Shown here in pieces: positions 8,768 to 18,939 of a stretch of DNA of 64,000 nt. The position numbers and the translations under genes are program-made. The stretch comes from an uncultured Candidatus Saccharibacteria bacterium (GTDB lineage Bacteria; Patescibacteriota; Minisyncoccia; Phycocordibacterales; CAIRYW01): the NCBI GenBank assembly GCA_964446625.1, contig CAYUPH010000004.1, forward strand, positions 7,838 to 71,837. Reading direction: 5' to 3'. Numbering within the stretch: the stretch's first letter is position 1; every line of letters starts with the position of its first letter. The notes under the pieces are model-generated. The model was given only the letters and a program-made list of their open reading frames with translations. It was not told where the DNA came from and searched no databases.

Positions 8768-10675
8768 TTACCAATCTAAAAGTTGCCTCTTTTTTTGCTT
8801 CTTTTTCGGAAGCTCAATAATAAATTTGGACCCTCGTCCTTCTTTGCTTTCTACCCAAATTCTTCCTTTTTCTTTTGTCATTATTTGCTTACAGATATAA
8901 AGCCCGAGTCCGAGTCCTGGATAAGTCTCTCTATCCTGGCCACTTACTCTAAAAAATCTCTTGAAAATCTTGTCCTGCATTGCAAGCGGAATTCCTAGAC
9001 CAAAATCTTCAACAGAAAGTTGTACTTTATCCCTGAGTTCAAGAACATTCGCGACAATCCTCCTTGAATCTGGAGAATACTTTATAGCATTTGTAAGTAG
9101 GTTCATTATAACCTGACCCATTCTATCCCTGTCACAGACAACCATTGCACTCGTGTCTCCTGTAAGAAGAATCTTGTGCTTATGTGTTGTTACCTGTACT
9201 TCATCTACAATCTCTTTTGCAAGATCGTAGAGATCACAAGTAACTGGTTCAAAAGTAAGCTTACCTCCTTCGATTTTTGTCACATCCAATAGATCGTTAA
9301 TAAGTTTTGAAAGGCGCCCGAGCTGTCCGTTTACTTTTCCAAGAACCTCAGCAGTTGCATTGTCTCCTCTCCCTTTGAGCTGTTTTTCAAGAAGTTGCGT
9401 GTAGGCCTTCACACTTGTTACAGGTGTACGAAGCTCGTGAGTAACAATACCCATAAACTCATCTTTTTGCTTTTCAATTCTCTTCTGCTCGGTTATATCT
9501 CTTTGAAGTCCCCACACTCGCAAAAGCTTGCCGTGCTCAATAATTGCGGACACATTGTTTATAAGATATTTCTTCTCTCCTTTTTTATCTGTTCGCATAA
9601 TGACATACTCCTGTAACTGGTAGTCACAGCGAATAAAGTCACGAATATGCTCTTTTATTTCTTCTTCAAAGTCCGAAGCGAAATCTCGAAGTTTCATTCC
9701 CACAAAGCTTTTTGTCTTTCCAATGCCATATATGATTCCCATAGCAGCGTTACATTCTGCCAGAATCGCATTGCGATAGATAAAGTTAATTTGTTTCTTT
9801 ACCGAAAGAGATATCGGCATTGGCTCTTCGAGCTCAAGTTGGTAAATACCTTCGGAACTGTGAGCAATAAATGCTTCGTATTTTTCTTTACTTGCAATAA
9901 GACTATCTTGTGTTTTTTTAAGATCACTAATATCTCTAAATGTTGCCGTTACTCCAATCACTCTCCCTTCTCTATCTTTGATTGCTGAAGCCGTAAGAGA
10001 TACATCAACTCTTCTTCCCCCCTTTGCAAGCTGAACAGTCTGAACACGAGGATGACTTTTTCCTTGTCGCATAAGTTCAAGGAACTTTCTGTGCTCATGC
10101 ATATTTTCATAAGGCACTAGCATTGCGAGGCGCTCTCCTATTGCCTCTTCTTTTTTATAGCCAAACATGTTTTCTGCACCTCTGTTCCAGGTCAAAATTT
10201 CTCCCTCTGTACTAAAACTGAGGATCGCGTCGCGTGAGGACTCAACAATTTCCGAAAGCCAGTTTCTTATCTTTTCTGTTTCGTGACGTTCTGTTGAATC
10301 ATAAAGGACGCCCGAGATTCGAACAGGAAACTTCCCCCGAACTTCCGCCACTCGTCCATAAATTCGAATCCATCTAATTTCTTCTGTATCACCTCTAATT
10401 ATGCGAAAATCACCTTCGAGACTTCCACTCTTTAACGCACCAGTAAGTTGCTTTTTAAAATATTTTCTATCACTTTCGTAAATTAACTTTATGAAGTCCT
10501 TCATTCCTCCTCGCCGGCTAGTAACTCGTACACCAAAAATATCAAAAAACTGTTTGTTCCACAGAATCTTGTCTGACGGAATATCCCAATCAAAGCTCGC
10601 TAATTCTGCTGCTTCGAGGGCCACCTGAAATCTCTTTTTAGGGTCATAATGAAATATGTCCTGCATATCCTGCAT
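8768..10675 (-). CDS. Cytoplasmic multi-PAS sensor histidine kinase
   Basis: PAS/PAC repeats, H-box THELRTPVTS, N-box NLLTNAIKYS, G-boxes DFGLGI and GLGLGL. Confidence 0.93.
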   Translation of the reverse strand: MQDMQDIFHYDPKKRFQVALEAAELASFDWDIPSDKILWNKQFFDIFGVRVTSRRGGMKDFIKLIYESDRKYFKKQLTGALKSGSLEGDFRIIRGDTEEIRWIRIYGRVAEVRGKFPVRISGVLYDSTERHETEKIRNWLSEIVESSRDAILSFSTEGEILTWNRGAENMFGYKKEEAIGERLAMLVPYENMHEHRKFLELMRQGKSHPRVQTVQLAKGGRRVDVSLTASAIKDREGRVIGVTATFRDISDLKKTQDSLIASKEKYEAFIAHSSEGIYQLELEEPMPISLSVKKQINFIYRNAILAECNAAMGIIYGIGKTKSFVGMKLRDFASDFEEEIKEHIRDFIRCDYQLQEYVIMRTDKKGEKKYLINNVSAIIEHGKLLRVWGLQRDITEQKRIEKQKDEFMGIVTHELRTPVTSVKAYTQLLEKQLKGRGDNATAEVLGKVNGQLGRLSKLINDLLDVTKIEGGKLTFEPVTCDLYDLAKEIVDEVQVTTHKHKILLTGDTSAMVVCDRDRMGQVIMNLLTNAIKYSPDSRRIVANVLELRDKVQLSVEDFGLGIPLAMQDKIFKRFFRVSGQDRETYPGLGLGLYICKQIMTKEKGRIWVESKEGRGSKFIIELPKKKQKKRQLLDW

Positions 10676-10734
10676 ATTTATACTTATTTATTATCTACCT
10701 TTACTCATTAAAATTACATTAAATTGAAAGATTT

Positions 10735-13245
10735 TCAACCTCTTGCATATCTCCCAGATTGTGACCTGCGCCTACGAAATGCAACCACTCCAAAGCAAAG
10801 AATTGCAAAGAGAATGAATAAAAGAAGGTTTCGAAGATGGTACGCCTCTTCTGCAATAAGAAGCTCTGCAGGCTGGAGGTCCTCCGTGCTGGCACCAAGC
10901 ACAATACCTCCTCTGCCTGAAACCTGATCAGAGTGTGGATATGTAACATCTTCTTTATTTTCCTCTTCCGTATGTGTATCCTCTTCTACAAAATATATAA
11001 CACCCTTTGAGTCAAAATCTACCTTACTAATATTTTTTCCAGTAACAGTTGCCGCAAGGGTATATTCACCTCTTTTTGCTTCCGAAGAAAAATCAATATC
11101 ATACGACACTGTTACTTTTTCTCCTTTTTTTAGTTTCCCTATTGTAAATGGAACTGATTGAACAACATTTCCGTCTGGACCTCTTAACACATCATAAAGA
11201 AATACTTCTTCAGAACCTTCCTCCCCTGTATTTTCTAAAGTAAGTTCCTCTTTTACCTTAAGATTTTTTGCACTAACAGTCGCTGACCGTGTAAGTCTTT
11301 GGACATTTATAGTTGTCTCCGGAATAGGAACAGGCTCCTCTTCCTCTTCTTCCTCCTCATCTTCCTCATCATTATAATAAGTTTTACCAGAGGTTCGAAT
11401 AACAAGTGAGTCCGAATTATCATCACCATTGTCGTCAGTTTCTTTTGACGAAGCTTCAATTTTACTTTCAATCTCTTTTTCTGTTTCGTTCGTTAAAACC
11501 TCTGCTTCGTAAGATATTTCCACCGCTCCTCCTGCAGGAATTTCTGGAATATTCCAAAAGACACTTTCTCCTTCTGTAGTAAAGTCAGTATCCGCGTCTG
11601 TAATCCTTATATCATTCGAGTTGAAAGTATTTTTTAAGACTACATTTGTTGCTTTGGAGTCACCATTATTTATGACGCTCATGTGGTAGGTAACAGACGA
11701 ACCACTTTCAATTCGTCCTGGAGTATCCGCAATCCCGCCCACCCATAAATCAGGACGTCCAAAAGCAATGTTTCCTTTGAAATCTCCAAAAATATTTATA
11801 ATTGCCATGACCCAGTTTTTACTTACCACATTCGAGTTAGCAACATTGATTATGTTTGCCCCTACAAAAGAATCTCCTGTTGTAATTTGCGCACTGTCCT
11901 TTGCCTCAATATGATTGTCTCCAGTTAACGCAGTAACCGCTACATTGTTTTTTATACCTGCGTTATTTTCCCCTTCAAAATGAACTCCACCCACGCTCGG
12001 AGTACTTCCACTCGTTTTAGAAAAAAGAAAGACACCTCCTGGGCCAGCACTCCATGATAAATCATTTGGAGCACCAAAAACTTCACCCGCCCAATCTCCT
12101 TCTACTCGAAGTAAAATGGAGAACTGTTCATCACCAATTTCAGTTTGGTTTATTTTGTTAAAAACATTTACAGCAGAATGAGAAACACCTGTGTTTATGG
12201 TAGATGAAGCAGCGCCTTCCACTTCATTACCTCCCGAGTCAGAAACCGCATCTACCAAAGTTTCTACTTTTGCCTCGTTTTGTACTAGAGCATCCTCCGC
12301 GCTCTGTCCTCCACTGCGTAACGAACTAAGAAGGTTTGAAAAGTTTGGAAATACAATATCACCATTTACATCTTTAAATGCGTTAATAGTCACAAGAAGA
12401 TAATTAGTATCTACAACATTTGTATTAGCAAGGTTTACTAGATTGAGCCCAGCGTACGCATTGCCTGTTTTGATTTCTGCGTTCTCCGCCCCTTCAATTT
12501 CGTTTTCTCCGGAAACAGCCGCTACAGTCAAATTGTTTTCAATCGTCGCGTTGTTTGACACATTTACTTGTAGGTCTAAATCATTTTGCCCAAACGCTCC
12601 TGGAGACATTTTTCGAAAATCAATCGAATCATTTACATAGTCCAAAAAGTTTGAAAAATATATTACTCCTTCAGAATTAATAAAGTTCGTGTTTACTATA
12701 TTGAGTACATTTGCCAGTGCAACTGATTCACCTGTCAAAATTGTGGGAGTCGAGGTTGCTTCTGAATCATTTAAAACAGGAGTAGACGAAGCAATATTTT
12801 CTTCCACTTCATTTTGAAAAGAGGGTGTTGTGCTTGCTACTTCACCCTGTCCTCCCTCACTTTCTATTGGCGTGTTTTCTTCAGCTGGTGCTTCCTCATC
12901 TATGCTTGCTGGTGTTTCTACCTCACCGTTTGTCTCTGAAGATAATTCTTCATCTAAGGATTCTATATTCTTAGTCTCATCGTCATTTGGAGTAACTCCA
13001 TCCGCAGGAATTTCTTCTTCAGTTTCTTCTTCTGTGTTTACACTATCTTCAATTTGACTATTTAAACTTGGGTCATATTGATCAGAGGCAGTTACACTTT
13101 CTTCAGACGAAGCTTCTGCAGGAATTTCTTCTTCTGCATACAAAAAATACGGTGAAGAAATATTTACAAATAACAGAATTGCAAGGATGGCTGAAATGAA
13201 TTTTAAATTTGTTTTTCTTTTCATATTTTTATGCCCGTTTTCCAT
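10735..13245 (-). CDS. Secreted, C-terminally membrane-anchored protein with SGxN/TGNA repeats and DUF11-like Ig domain
   Basis: Signal peptide, acidic linker, repeats such as AVSGENEI...IKTGNAYAGLNLVN, DUF11-like segment (VTYHMSVINNGDSKATNV), C-terminal TM followed by RRRR. Confidence 0.75.
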   Translation of the reverse strand: MENGHKNMKRKTNLKFISAILAILLFVNISSPYFLYAEEEIPAEASSEESVTASDQYDPSLNSQIEDSVNTEEETEEEIPADGVTPNDDETKNIESLDEELSSETNGEVETPASIDEEAPAEENTPIESEGGQGEVASTTPSFQNEVEENIASSTPVLNDSEATSTPTILTGESVALANVLNIVNTNFINSEGVIYFSNFLDYVNDSIDFRKMSPGAFGQNDLDLQVNVSNNATIENNLTVAAVSGENEIEGAENAEIKTGNAYAGLNLVNLANTNVVDTNYLLVTINAFKDVNGDIVFPNFSNLLSSLRSGGQSAEDALVQNEAKVETLVDAVSDSGGNEVEGAASSTINTGVSHSAVNVFNKINQTEIGDEQFSILLRVEGDWAGEVFGAPNDLSWSAGPGGVFLFSKTSGSTPSVGGVHFEGENNAGIKNNVAVTALTGDNHIEAKDSAQITTGDSFVGANIINVANSNVVSKNWVMAIINIFGDFKGNIAFGRPDLWVGGIADTPGRIESGSSVTYHMSVINNGDSKATNVVLKNTFNSNDIRITDADTDFTTEGESVFWNIPEIPAGGAVEISYEAEVLTNETEKEIESKIEASSKETDDNGDDNSDSLVIRTSGKTYYNDEEDEEEEEEEEPVPIPETTINVQRLTRSATVSAKNLKVKEELTLENTGEEGSEEVFLYDVLRGPDGNVVQSVPFTIGKLKKGEKVTVSYDIDFSSEAKRGEYTLAATVTGKNISKVDFDSKGVIYFVEEDTHTEEENKEDVTYPHSDQVSGRGGIVLGASTEDLQPAELLIAEEAYHLRNLLLFILFAILCFGVVAFRRRRSQSGRYARG

Positions 13246-13289
13246 TGAGCTCTCTTTTTTTAAAGAGAGCTCTTGGAAAAAAGGTTAAG

Positions 13290-14465
13290 TTATCTAGTCA
13301 CTCGAATGACTGATCGATTGCTTACTGTTATTACCTCAGCAGCAGAATCAGCTGTGCCAGTTCGGACTTCTCCTCCTCGGCCACCAATTCCTCCTCGACC
13401 TCCTTCACCTCCAGTAGATGATCCGGCTTGTCCAGATGCACCACTGACTGTTCCTGTTCCTCCATAACTTCCATCTCCTCCTGAAGCTCCTTCAGAGAGG
13501 TTTCCACCAGAGTTGGCCGCAACTCCGACAGAGTTTGCCGCACCCCCTCTATTTGTATTAGTCACCTCAAGAGAATCGTCACTTCCAACATATGTTCTTG
13601 TATAATCAAGTTCATAGTTATCGTGCTCTTCTGCAAACACATCTGTAGACTCTGTCTCAGTGTCTCTTACATCTGTGACGGTGTTTCTATCTTCACTTCG
13701 TGTGTCTCCTGTAGAACTTCCTGATTGCTGCCATGAGCTTTGGTCATTTGCTGAAGAAGAGCTACTAGACTCTGAGGCAGAGGAAGAGTTCGAATTAGTC
13801 GCTGAATCAGAGGATTCTGATTCGTTTGAAGAAGAGGAGTCTGTGTCCCCGTCGTCGTTTGTTGATGAACTACTGTTTCCACTGTTTGAAGATGAATTTC
13901 CTGCGGACTCATTTTGAGATGCGTTTTCTTCGTCACTGTGTGAAGAAGAACCTTGCCAACTGCTTTGAGTTTCATTGTTTGAATGACTTTCGTCTATTGA
14001 ATGAGAGTCGGTTGAATTGTCTGTACTCTCATGTGAATAATCGTGTGATCCACTTTGTGTTGATCCTGTATTAGATCGAACCCGAAGAGTTTCATTATAT
14101 TCGTCATCATCGCTACTATCTGTGACACTCACAGTAATATCAGATGAGTTCACATCGCTTTGTACAACTGCTGTACCAATTGCATTTCCAGTTGTAATCG
14201 AACCTCCGCTTCCTCCTTCACCACCCATGCCCCCAGCACCGGCAGTAGCAGAACCATTGTTTGAGGCAGACGCTGTGCCACCCCTCGCTCCATCACCTCC
14301 TCTGGCCCCCCGTGATATATTTCCTCCAGAGGATGCACTTACAGATACATTATTTGAAACAGTTGCTTCGTTACTGTTTGTAACTGTAACCGAGTCTGCA
14401 AGCGCAGGACCCGCTGTTGAAGCAACTAGTCCAAAGAGTGCAATTAAAGATAAAAATTTATTCAT
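13290..14465 (-). CDS. Secreted low-complexity protein with two SGGN/TGxA repeat units flanking a Ser/Asp/Glu-rich linker
   Basis: Signal peptide; ASSGGNISRG...ITTGNA and ANSGGNLSEG...VRTGTA units. Confidence 0.75.
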   Translation of the reverse strand: MNKFLSLIALFGLVASTAGPALADSVTVTNSNEATVSNNVSVSASSGGNISRGARGGDGARGGTASASNNGSATAGAGGMGGEGGSGGSITTGNAIGTAVVQSDVNSSDITVSVTDSSDDDEYNETLRVRSNTGSTQSGSHDYSHESTDNSTDSHSIDESHSNNETQSSWQGSSSHSDEENASQNESAGNSSSNSGNSSSSTNDDGDTDSSSSNESESSDSATNSNSSSASESSSSSSANDQSSWQQSGSSTGDTRSEDRNTVTDVRDTETESTDVFAEEHDNYELDYTRTYVGSDDSLEVTNTNRGGAANSVGVAANSGGNLSEGASGGDGSYGGTGTVSGASGQAGSSTGGEGGRGGIGGRGGEVRTGTADSAAEVITVSNRSVIRVTR

Positions 14466-14584
14466 ATATTTTTTGATTTAAACTAATGATAATTGCTGCA
14501 TTTGTAATGTTCGACCTTTCTCTGGCATACATTCTAAACAAAGAGCAATTAACTCCTTGTTAAGTGTTTTTTGAGAACTTAGTT

Positions 14585-15847
14585 TTACTGAACAATTCCA
14601 AGAAGTGGAATACGAAGCGGTCTACCTTCTTTATAAATTAGTTGAGGTGCTTTATATTTTTCTTTTGCATAAAAACTTTCTTCTTCCTGTTCACCAATAC
14701 TTGAAGCAAGCCTCATTGTTTCTCTGCCAAATCTTTTATCAATCGAATCAACTACAGAAAAAACTGCGATGTTCTTTTTGTTTTCTTCCACTTCTCCAAA
14801 CAAATCGAATGATGAAAATTCTTCAGGCAAAAGACCCGAGAGTGAAATCCCGGTTGCTCGATAAAGTTCTCCTCTTCTATAAACCTGATCAAAGTTTTCT
14901 TCAATGAGTTCCATAATTTTATTCGGGGTAGAAAGAGGAATAGAGAGAGCAAAATCAAAACTTCGGTACCGAAAATCGGATGTTTTCAGATAGAAGCGAA
15001 GATACCTTCCTTTTCTTCCATAAAGGCGCACTCTTTGACACACTTCTTCTGCGTGACAAGAAAGCTCCCTAAGGAGGATGTGTCTCTTGTTTGTGGCTGG
15101 GCGAAATGTTCCCGAAGAAATAACAGATTTATTTACATGTTTTTCATCTTTTTCTACTCTGTAACTAAAATTTCCGCGAAGCTCTTGCCATATATGAATA
15201 AGCGATAAAGAAATACGATTGCTATGGAGCCACCTCTCATCTTTTAGAGAAAAGTCGAAAGCTGTTTTGATCCCCTCACTTTGCAAAAACTTACTCGATG
15301 AAGGACCTACTCCCCACAGAGCTCCAACTGGTATATTCTTTAAAAACTCTTCTCTCCCAAAAAGCTCTACACTTGTAAAGCCTCCTGGCTTTCTGTATTT
15401 AGAAGCTGCTTTCGCCAGGACTTTATTTGGGCCGAGACCTACTCCAAAAGTGATACCGAGGCTTTCTTCTAACCTCTTTTTTATTTTTTGCGCTGTTTCT
15501 TCGTAAGGAACATTCTTTATAAAAGTAATATCCGCAAAGCACTCATCAATACTGTACTCTTCTACATGCGGAGTAAACTCGCGCACAATCGCATACATCC
15601 TTTCCGCAAAGATTGAGTACGTAAGATAGCTTGAGCTAACAACAACCACCTCAGGGCAAATTTTTTTTGCATCTGCAAGAGAAAGACCCCTTCCCAAACC
15701 CATCTTTTTTGCCTCGACACTCACAGAAGTAATCGCCCCTCTCTCTCCTCCTGTCAAAATCGGTTTTCCTTTGAGCCTAAAGTTCATCACCTGTTCAACA
15801 GAGGCAAAAAATGAGTCGCCGTCAAAATGAACAATTGCTCTTTTCAT
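14585..15847 (-). CDS. Y-family DNA polymerase (DinB/UmuC-like)
   Basis: HFDGDSFFASVE, YSIDECF, GPNKVLAKAAS, LWGVG motifs. Confidence 0.93.
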   Translation of the reverse strand: MKRAIVHFDGDSFFASVEQVMNFRLKGKPILTGGERGAITSVSVEAKKMGLGRGLSLADAKKICPEVVVVSSSYLTYSIFAERMYAIVREFTPHVEEYSIDECFADITFIKNVPYEETAQKIKKRLEESLGITFGVGLGPNKVLAKAASKYRKPGGFTSVELFGREEFLKNIPVGALWGVGPSSSKFLQSEGIKTAFDFSLKDERWLHSNRISLSLIHIWQELRGNFSYRVEKDEKHVNKSVISSGTFRPATNKRHILLRELSCHAEEVCQRVRLYGRKGRYLRFYLKTSDFRYRSFDFALSIPLSTPNKIMELIEENFDQVYRRGELYRATGISLSGLLPEEFSSFDLFGEVEENKKNIAVFSVVDSIDKRFGRETMRLASSIGEQEEESFYAKEKYKAPQLIYKEGRPLRIPLLGIVQ

Positions 15848-15848
15848 T

Positions 15849-16418
15849 TTATCTATATGAGCGGAAAGTTCCGGTCACGACCCCAATCACTTGCCCTTCA
15901 GAAGGAGCTATGTGCGGATATTTTGGATTCGCAGCTTCTAGAAAAAAACCATGTTTATTTTTTCGGAGATATTTTAAAGTGTATCCATCTTCTGTAAGCG
16001 CAACAACAATATCTCCTACTTTCGCGTCTTTTCCCCTTTCAAAAATCACAATGTCTCCTTCGCAAATCCCTGCACCTTCCATAGAGTCTCCATCTACCTT
16101 AAGAAGGAAGCTGGAATTTTTGTCTCCGATAAGATATTCGCCAATACTAATCGTGTCTGCCACCTCCTCTTCTGCAGGAGTTGCAAAGCCTGCGCGAATT
16201 CTTCCAAGTAGGGGTAAGCTAAAAAAGTCACCTTTTGGAACAATTTTCCCTGTTTTATCTTTTTGAAGGACTCCCTCTTCTATAAGTTTCGAGACTGTAT
16301 AAAATGCACTACTCCTAGAAGAAAACCCGCAAAGGGTCATTATTTCTGAAATAGAAGGCATTCGCTTTTGCCTCCGCCAAAAAGAAAAGATTTTATTTTT
16401 ATATGTTTCAAGACTCAC
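15849..16418 (-). CDS. lexA: LexA-like SOS repressor (HTH plus S24 peptidase)
   Basis: MPSISEI HTH region, LGRIRAG Ala-Gly cleavage site, GDSM serine, TLKYL lysine. Confidence 0.85.
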   Translation of the reverse strand: MSLETYKNKIFSFWRRQKRMPSISEIMTLCGFSSRSSAFYTVSKLIEEGVLQKDKTGKIVPKGDFFSLPLLGRIRAGFATPAEEEVADTISIGEYLIGDKNSSFLLKVDGDSMEGAGICEGDIVIFERGKDAKVGDIVVALTEDGYTLKYLRKNKHGFFLEAANPKYPHIAPSEGQVIGVVTGTFRSYR

Positions 16419-16428
16419 CTCTCTATTT

Positions 16429-16448
16429 TATCGAACATTTGTTCGATA
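16429..16448. promoter_or_regulatory. SOS box (GAAC-N4-GTTC type) overlapping the lexA promoter
   Basis: TATCGAAC-attt-GTTCGATA palindrome 11-30 nt upstream of the lexA GTG, overlapping a TAAAAT -10 box. Confidence 0.85.
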
Positions 16449-16466
16449 GTCAAAAAAGGTGCTATT

Positions 16467-17597
16467 TTAGTCCTTCCTGAGGCAAAGCTTCAGAATTGAA
16501 GCGAAAGTCCACAGCAAAAGCTTTGGATCATAAAAAGGAATTGAACTCCACCTTCCCTCTCTTCCAAGAACCCAGGATAATATTTCAGAGATTTTTCTGT
16601 TTCTCAAAGCCTCAAAAAAGGAGCGCCTAAAATGGAAAAGTGTCACTGGCTCTTTAGTAAACATCTTTTCCATGCCCACTTCATGTGTATTAAAAAAGTG
16701 TTTAAGAGGAAGAACAAAATCAACTCCAGCTTTTTTGGCAATCCGAAACCATGCCTGGGGGCGTGTATCAATTTCTACCAAGAAGTGTTTTTCTGTTTTA
16801 TCTTCTTTTATAAATGTCATGGAGGCAAAGCCGTGCAAAAACATTTTCTCCCCTATTTCTAGGAGAGTTTCTTCAATACAAGGTAAGTTTAAATAAAGTC
16901 TTTTTGTTGAAACCCCAAACTCCCCGCCTACGGTTTCTATTACTTTTGAGTAAGAAAAGGTAAGGAGTTTACCTTCTCTAAAGAGACACTCAACTGCGAT
17001 ATTATCTCCCTGTATATATTCTTGGAGAAGCATACTTGCATGATTCTTCTTAAGATCATTTACTTTCTTTTCAAGCTCTTCAAAAGAACCTGCGTAGTAA
17101 ACCCCTTTCCCACCACTGCTTTCATCTAACTTTATGAGAACAGGAAAAGATAAACCAAAACTATCTTTTTCTATCTTTTCCTTTACTGATAAAACAAGGA
17201 AATCTGGCTGGAGAATATCTGTTTCTAAAAGAGCTTCTGCTAAACCTATTTTTGACCCGATGATATTCCTATGAGCGAGCGAACTAAGGGGCAAGACACT
17301 TTGCGGGAGCGAAAACTTTTCTAAGTTTTCGTTTAAAAGGCGCAGAGTTGTGTCGTCGCAGGGAACCACTAGATCTGGGCAAATTCTGTCTATCTCGCAC
17401 TTTAGTGAAGACAAGAAATCGTCTTTGTCCTGGAAATTTTTACAGATTTTTTGAGAGTAATAGCTATTTTTTGTAAGCCATGAAAAAGGAAAACAAAAAA
17501 CATACACTTCATAACCTGCCTTTCTAAACAAAAAAGGTATTTCAGCCGAAATTTCTGAACCCCGATAATCAATTAGAAGAACCTTTCTTTTTTCCAT
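16467..17597 (-). CDS. ATP-grasp domain protein
   Basis: FPVLIK...SSGGKGV...LLQEYIQG...FLVEIDTRP. Confidence 0.8.
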   Translation of the reverse strand: MEKRKVLLIDYRGSEISAEIPFLFRKAGYEVYVFCFPFSWLTKNSYYSQKICKNFQDKDDFLSSLKCEIDRICPDLVVPCDDTTLRLLNENLEKFSLPQSVLPLSSLAHRNIIGSKIGLAEALLETDILQPDFLVLSVKEKIEKDSFGLSFPVLIKLDESSGGKGVYYAGSFEELEKKVNDLKKNHASMLLQEYIQGDNIAVECLFREGKLLTFSYSKVIETVGGEFGVSTKRLYLNLPCIEETLLEIGEKMFLHGFASMTFIKEDKTEKHFLVEIDTRPQAWFRIAKKAGVDFVLPLKHFFNTHEVGMEKMFTKEPVTLFHFRRSFFEALRNRKISEILSWVLGREGRWSSIPFYDPKLLLWTFASILKLCLRKD

Positions 17598-17598
17598 T

Positions 17599-17931
17599 CT
17601 AAGAAAAACCTACAAGAAGGAGACCAGAAAAGAGAGTCTCATAATACATAAGTATGCCAAGAAATATATAAAGAATGGCGATTCCAAGTCTTTTAAAGAA
17701 AAGGTTCTTTTGTTTTATTCCTGATATCAAAATATAAACACTCTTTATAGCCATCAAAAGAAAGACTATGAAGTTAAGACTCATAAAAACGTAAAATATC
17801 ACTTCTCGCACCCCGTCAGAAAAACTAACTTGTAGAAAAAGGAAAGACAAAATGAGACAGACAAAAGGCAAAAGAAAACCCGTAAGGAGCAAAATCTTAT
17901 TTGACCAAAAAATCTTTTTTATAAAATCCAT
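17599..17931 (-). CDS. Small membrane protein (about 3 TM)
   Basis: Hydrophobic 110-aa ORF abutting the next gene, -10 box upstream. Confidence 0.7.
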   Translation of the reverse strand: MDFIKKIFWSNKILLLTGFLLPFVCLILSFLFLQVSFSDGVREVIFYVFMSLNFIVFLLMAIKSVYILISGIKQKNLFFKRLGIAILYIFLGILMYYETLFSGLLLVGFS

Positions 17932-17953
17932 GCCTAGTATTTTAACACAAGAA

Positions 17954-18385
17954 CTATAGTGTATGCGAATACTCTTTTACTAAGTCTTTTATCTTTTTCT
18001 CAAGTTCTTCTCGGACACTCTTTGTAAACTCATAACTCTGCCCTTTCGGGTCTGACACTTTCCAAAAAGTCACTTTTCCACTATTTGAAACCTCTTCAGG
18101 AATAGGATCATTCTCATCATATATAACCACAATCCTATCTGCATTTTGGATCATACTTGTTGTCACATTTTTTCTTAGACTATCACCGATTGGAAGTCCA
18201 ATTTCTTCCATAACCTCTAATACTTCCTTTGTTGCTGGTAAAAGATTTTGAAGCAATTCTTCCTTCCCTGAAAGTTTTGTTCCCGCTGAACAAACTTCAA
18301 AATCTTCTCCTCCTTCTCTTTTTAACAAAGCTTCTGCCATCTGACTTCTTGCAACATTTCCTCTACAGAGAAATAGAATATTCAT
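17954..18385 (-). CDS. Low-molecular-weight phosphatase / arsenate reductase family
   Basis: P-loop ILFLCRGNVARSQMAE, SAGT, W..SDP. Confidence 0.88.
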   Translation of the reverse strand: MNILFLCRGNVARSQMAEALLKREGGEDFEVCSAGTKLSGKEELLQNLLPATKEVLEVMEEIGLPIGDSLRKNVTTSMIQNADRIVVIYDENDPIPEEVSNSGKVTFWKVSDPKGQSYEFTKSVREELEKKIKDLVKEYSHTL

Positions 18386-18389
18386 ATAT

Positions 18390-18908
18390 TTATTTTTGTG
18401 CTTTTAATACCCAATTTCTTCCCCCAAAACAACATACTCTTTTCTTTCCTGCTTGAAGCATACTGATTGCCTTTGAAATATGCTTTTTTCTTGTTTCTTC
18501 ATTTTTAACTGCAACAAACCACAAAACCCAGTCCGCTTTTGCCTTCTCTGTTGTACTCTCCCAAGTGCCAAGAGCTTTTTGATTTTTAGACAGAGCTTGA
18601 AGCAAATCATTTGGTACAAGAACTTCTCTGTCTACCTCAAAAATTTCAACACTTATTTTTTCTCCTTCTTTGAGGCTCCCTAAAACTTTTGAAGAAGAAA
18701 AGATTTCAAGTGAAAGGGCTTTCCCTTCACTTTGAGCAATTTTTCCTTCAAAAACTGTACCTTCGGCTATCCCGAGGACATCGCTTTTCTTCTCTAATTT
18801 TTTTGCAATTTTTAAAGGAAGCGAAATACAAAATGAGACTGAATTTTTGACTGATTTTAGTTTTTCAACTTTTCCTACAAAAACAAAAGCTTCTGGGGTT
18901 TTACTCAT
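18390..18908 (-). CDS. YdeI/OmpD-associated (DUF1905-like) protein
   Basis: VPNDLLQAL...WVLW...KNEETRKKHI...KKRVCCF; likely start MSKTPE behind TAAAAT. Confidence 0.75.
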   Translation of the reverse strand: MSKTPEAFVFVGKVEKLKSVKNSVSFCISLPLKIAKKLEKKSDVLGIAEGTVFEGKIAQSEGKALSLEIFSSSKVLGSLKEGEKISVEIFEVDREVLVPNDLLQALSKNQKALGTWESTTEKAKADWVLWFVAVKNEETRKKHISKAISMLQAGKKRVCCFGGRNWVLKAQK

Positions 18909-18939
18909 AAAAACCATTTTAGCACATTTTATCTCCCTT

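Noticed and set aside
14509-14520. GGTCGAA motif in leaders of the 14465 gene and the major pilin (about 49405), also resembling an SOS half-site
   Set aside because: Only two or three short occurrences at different distances, and no full palindrome.
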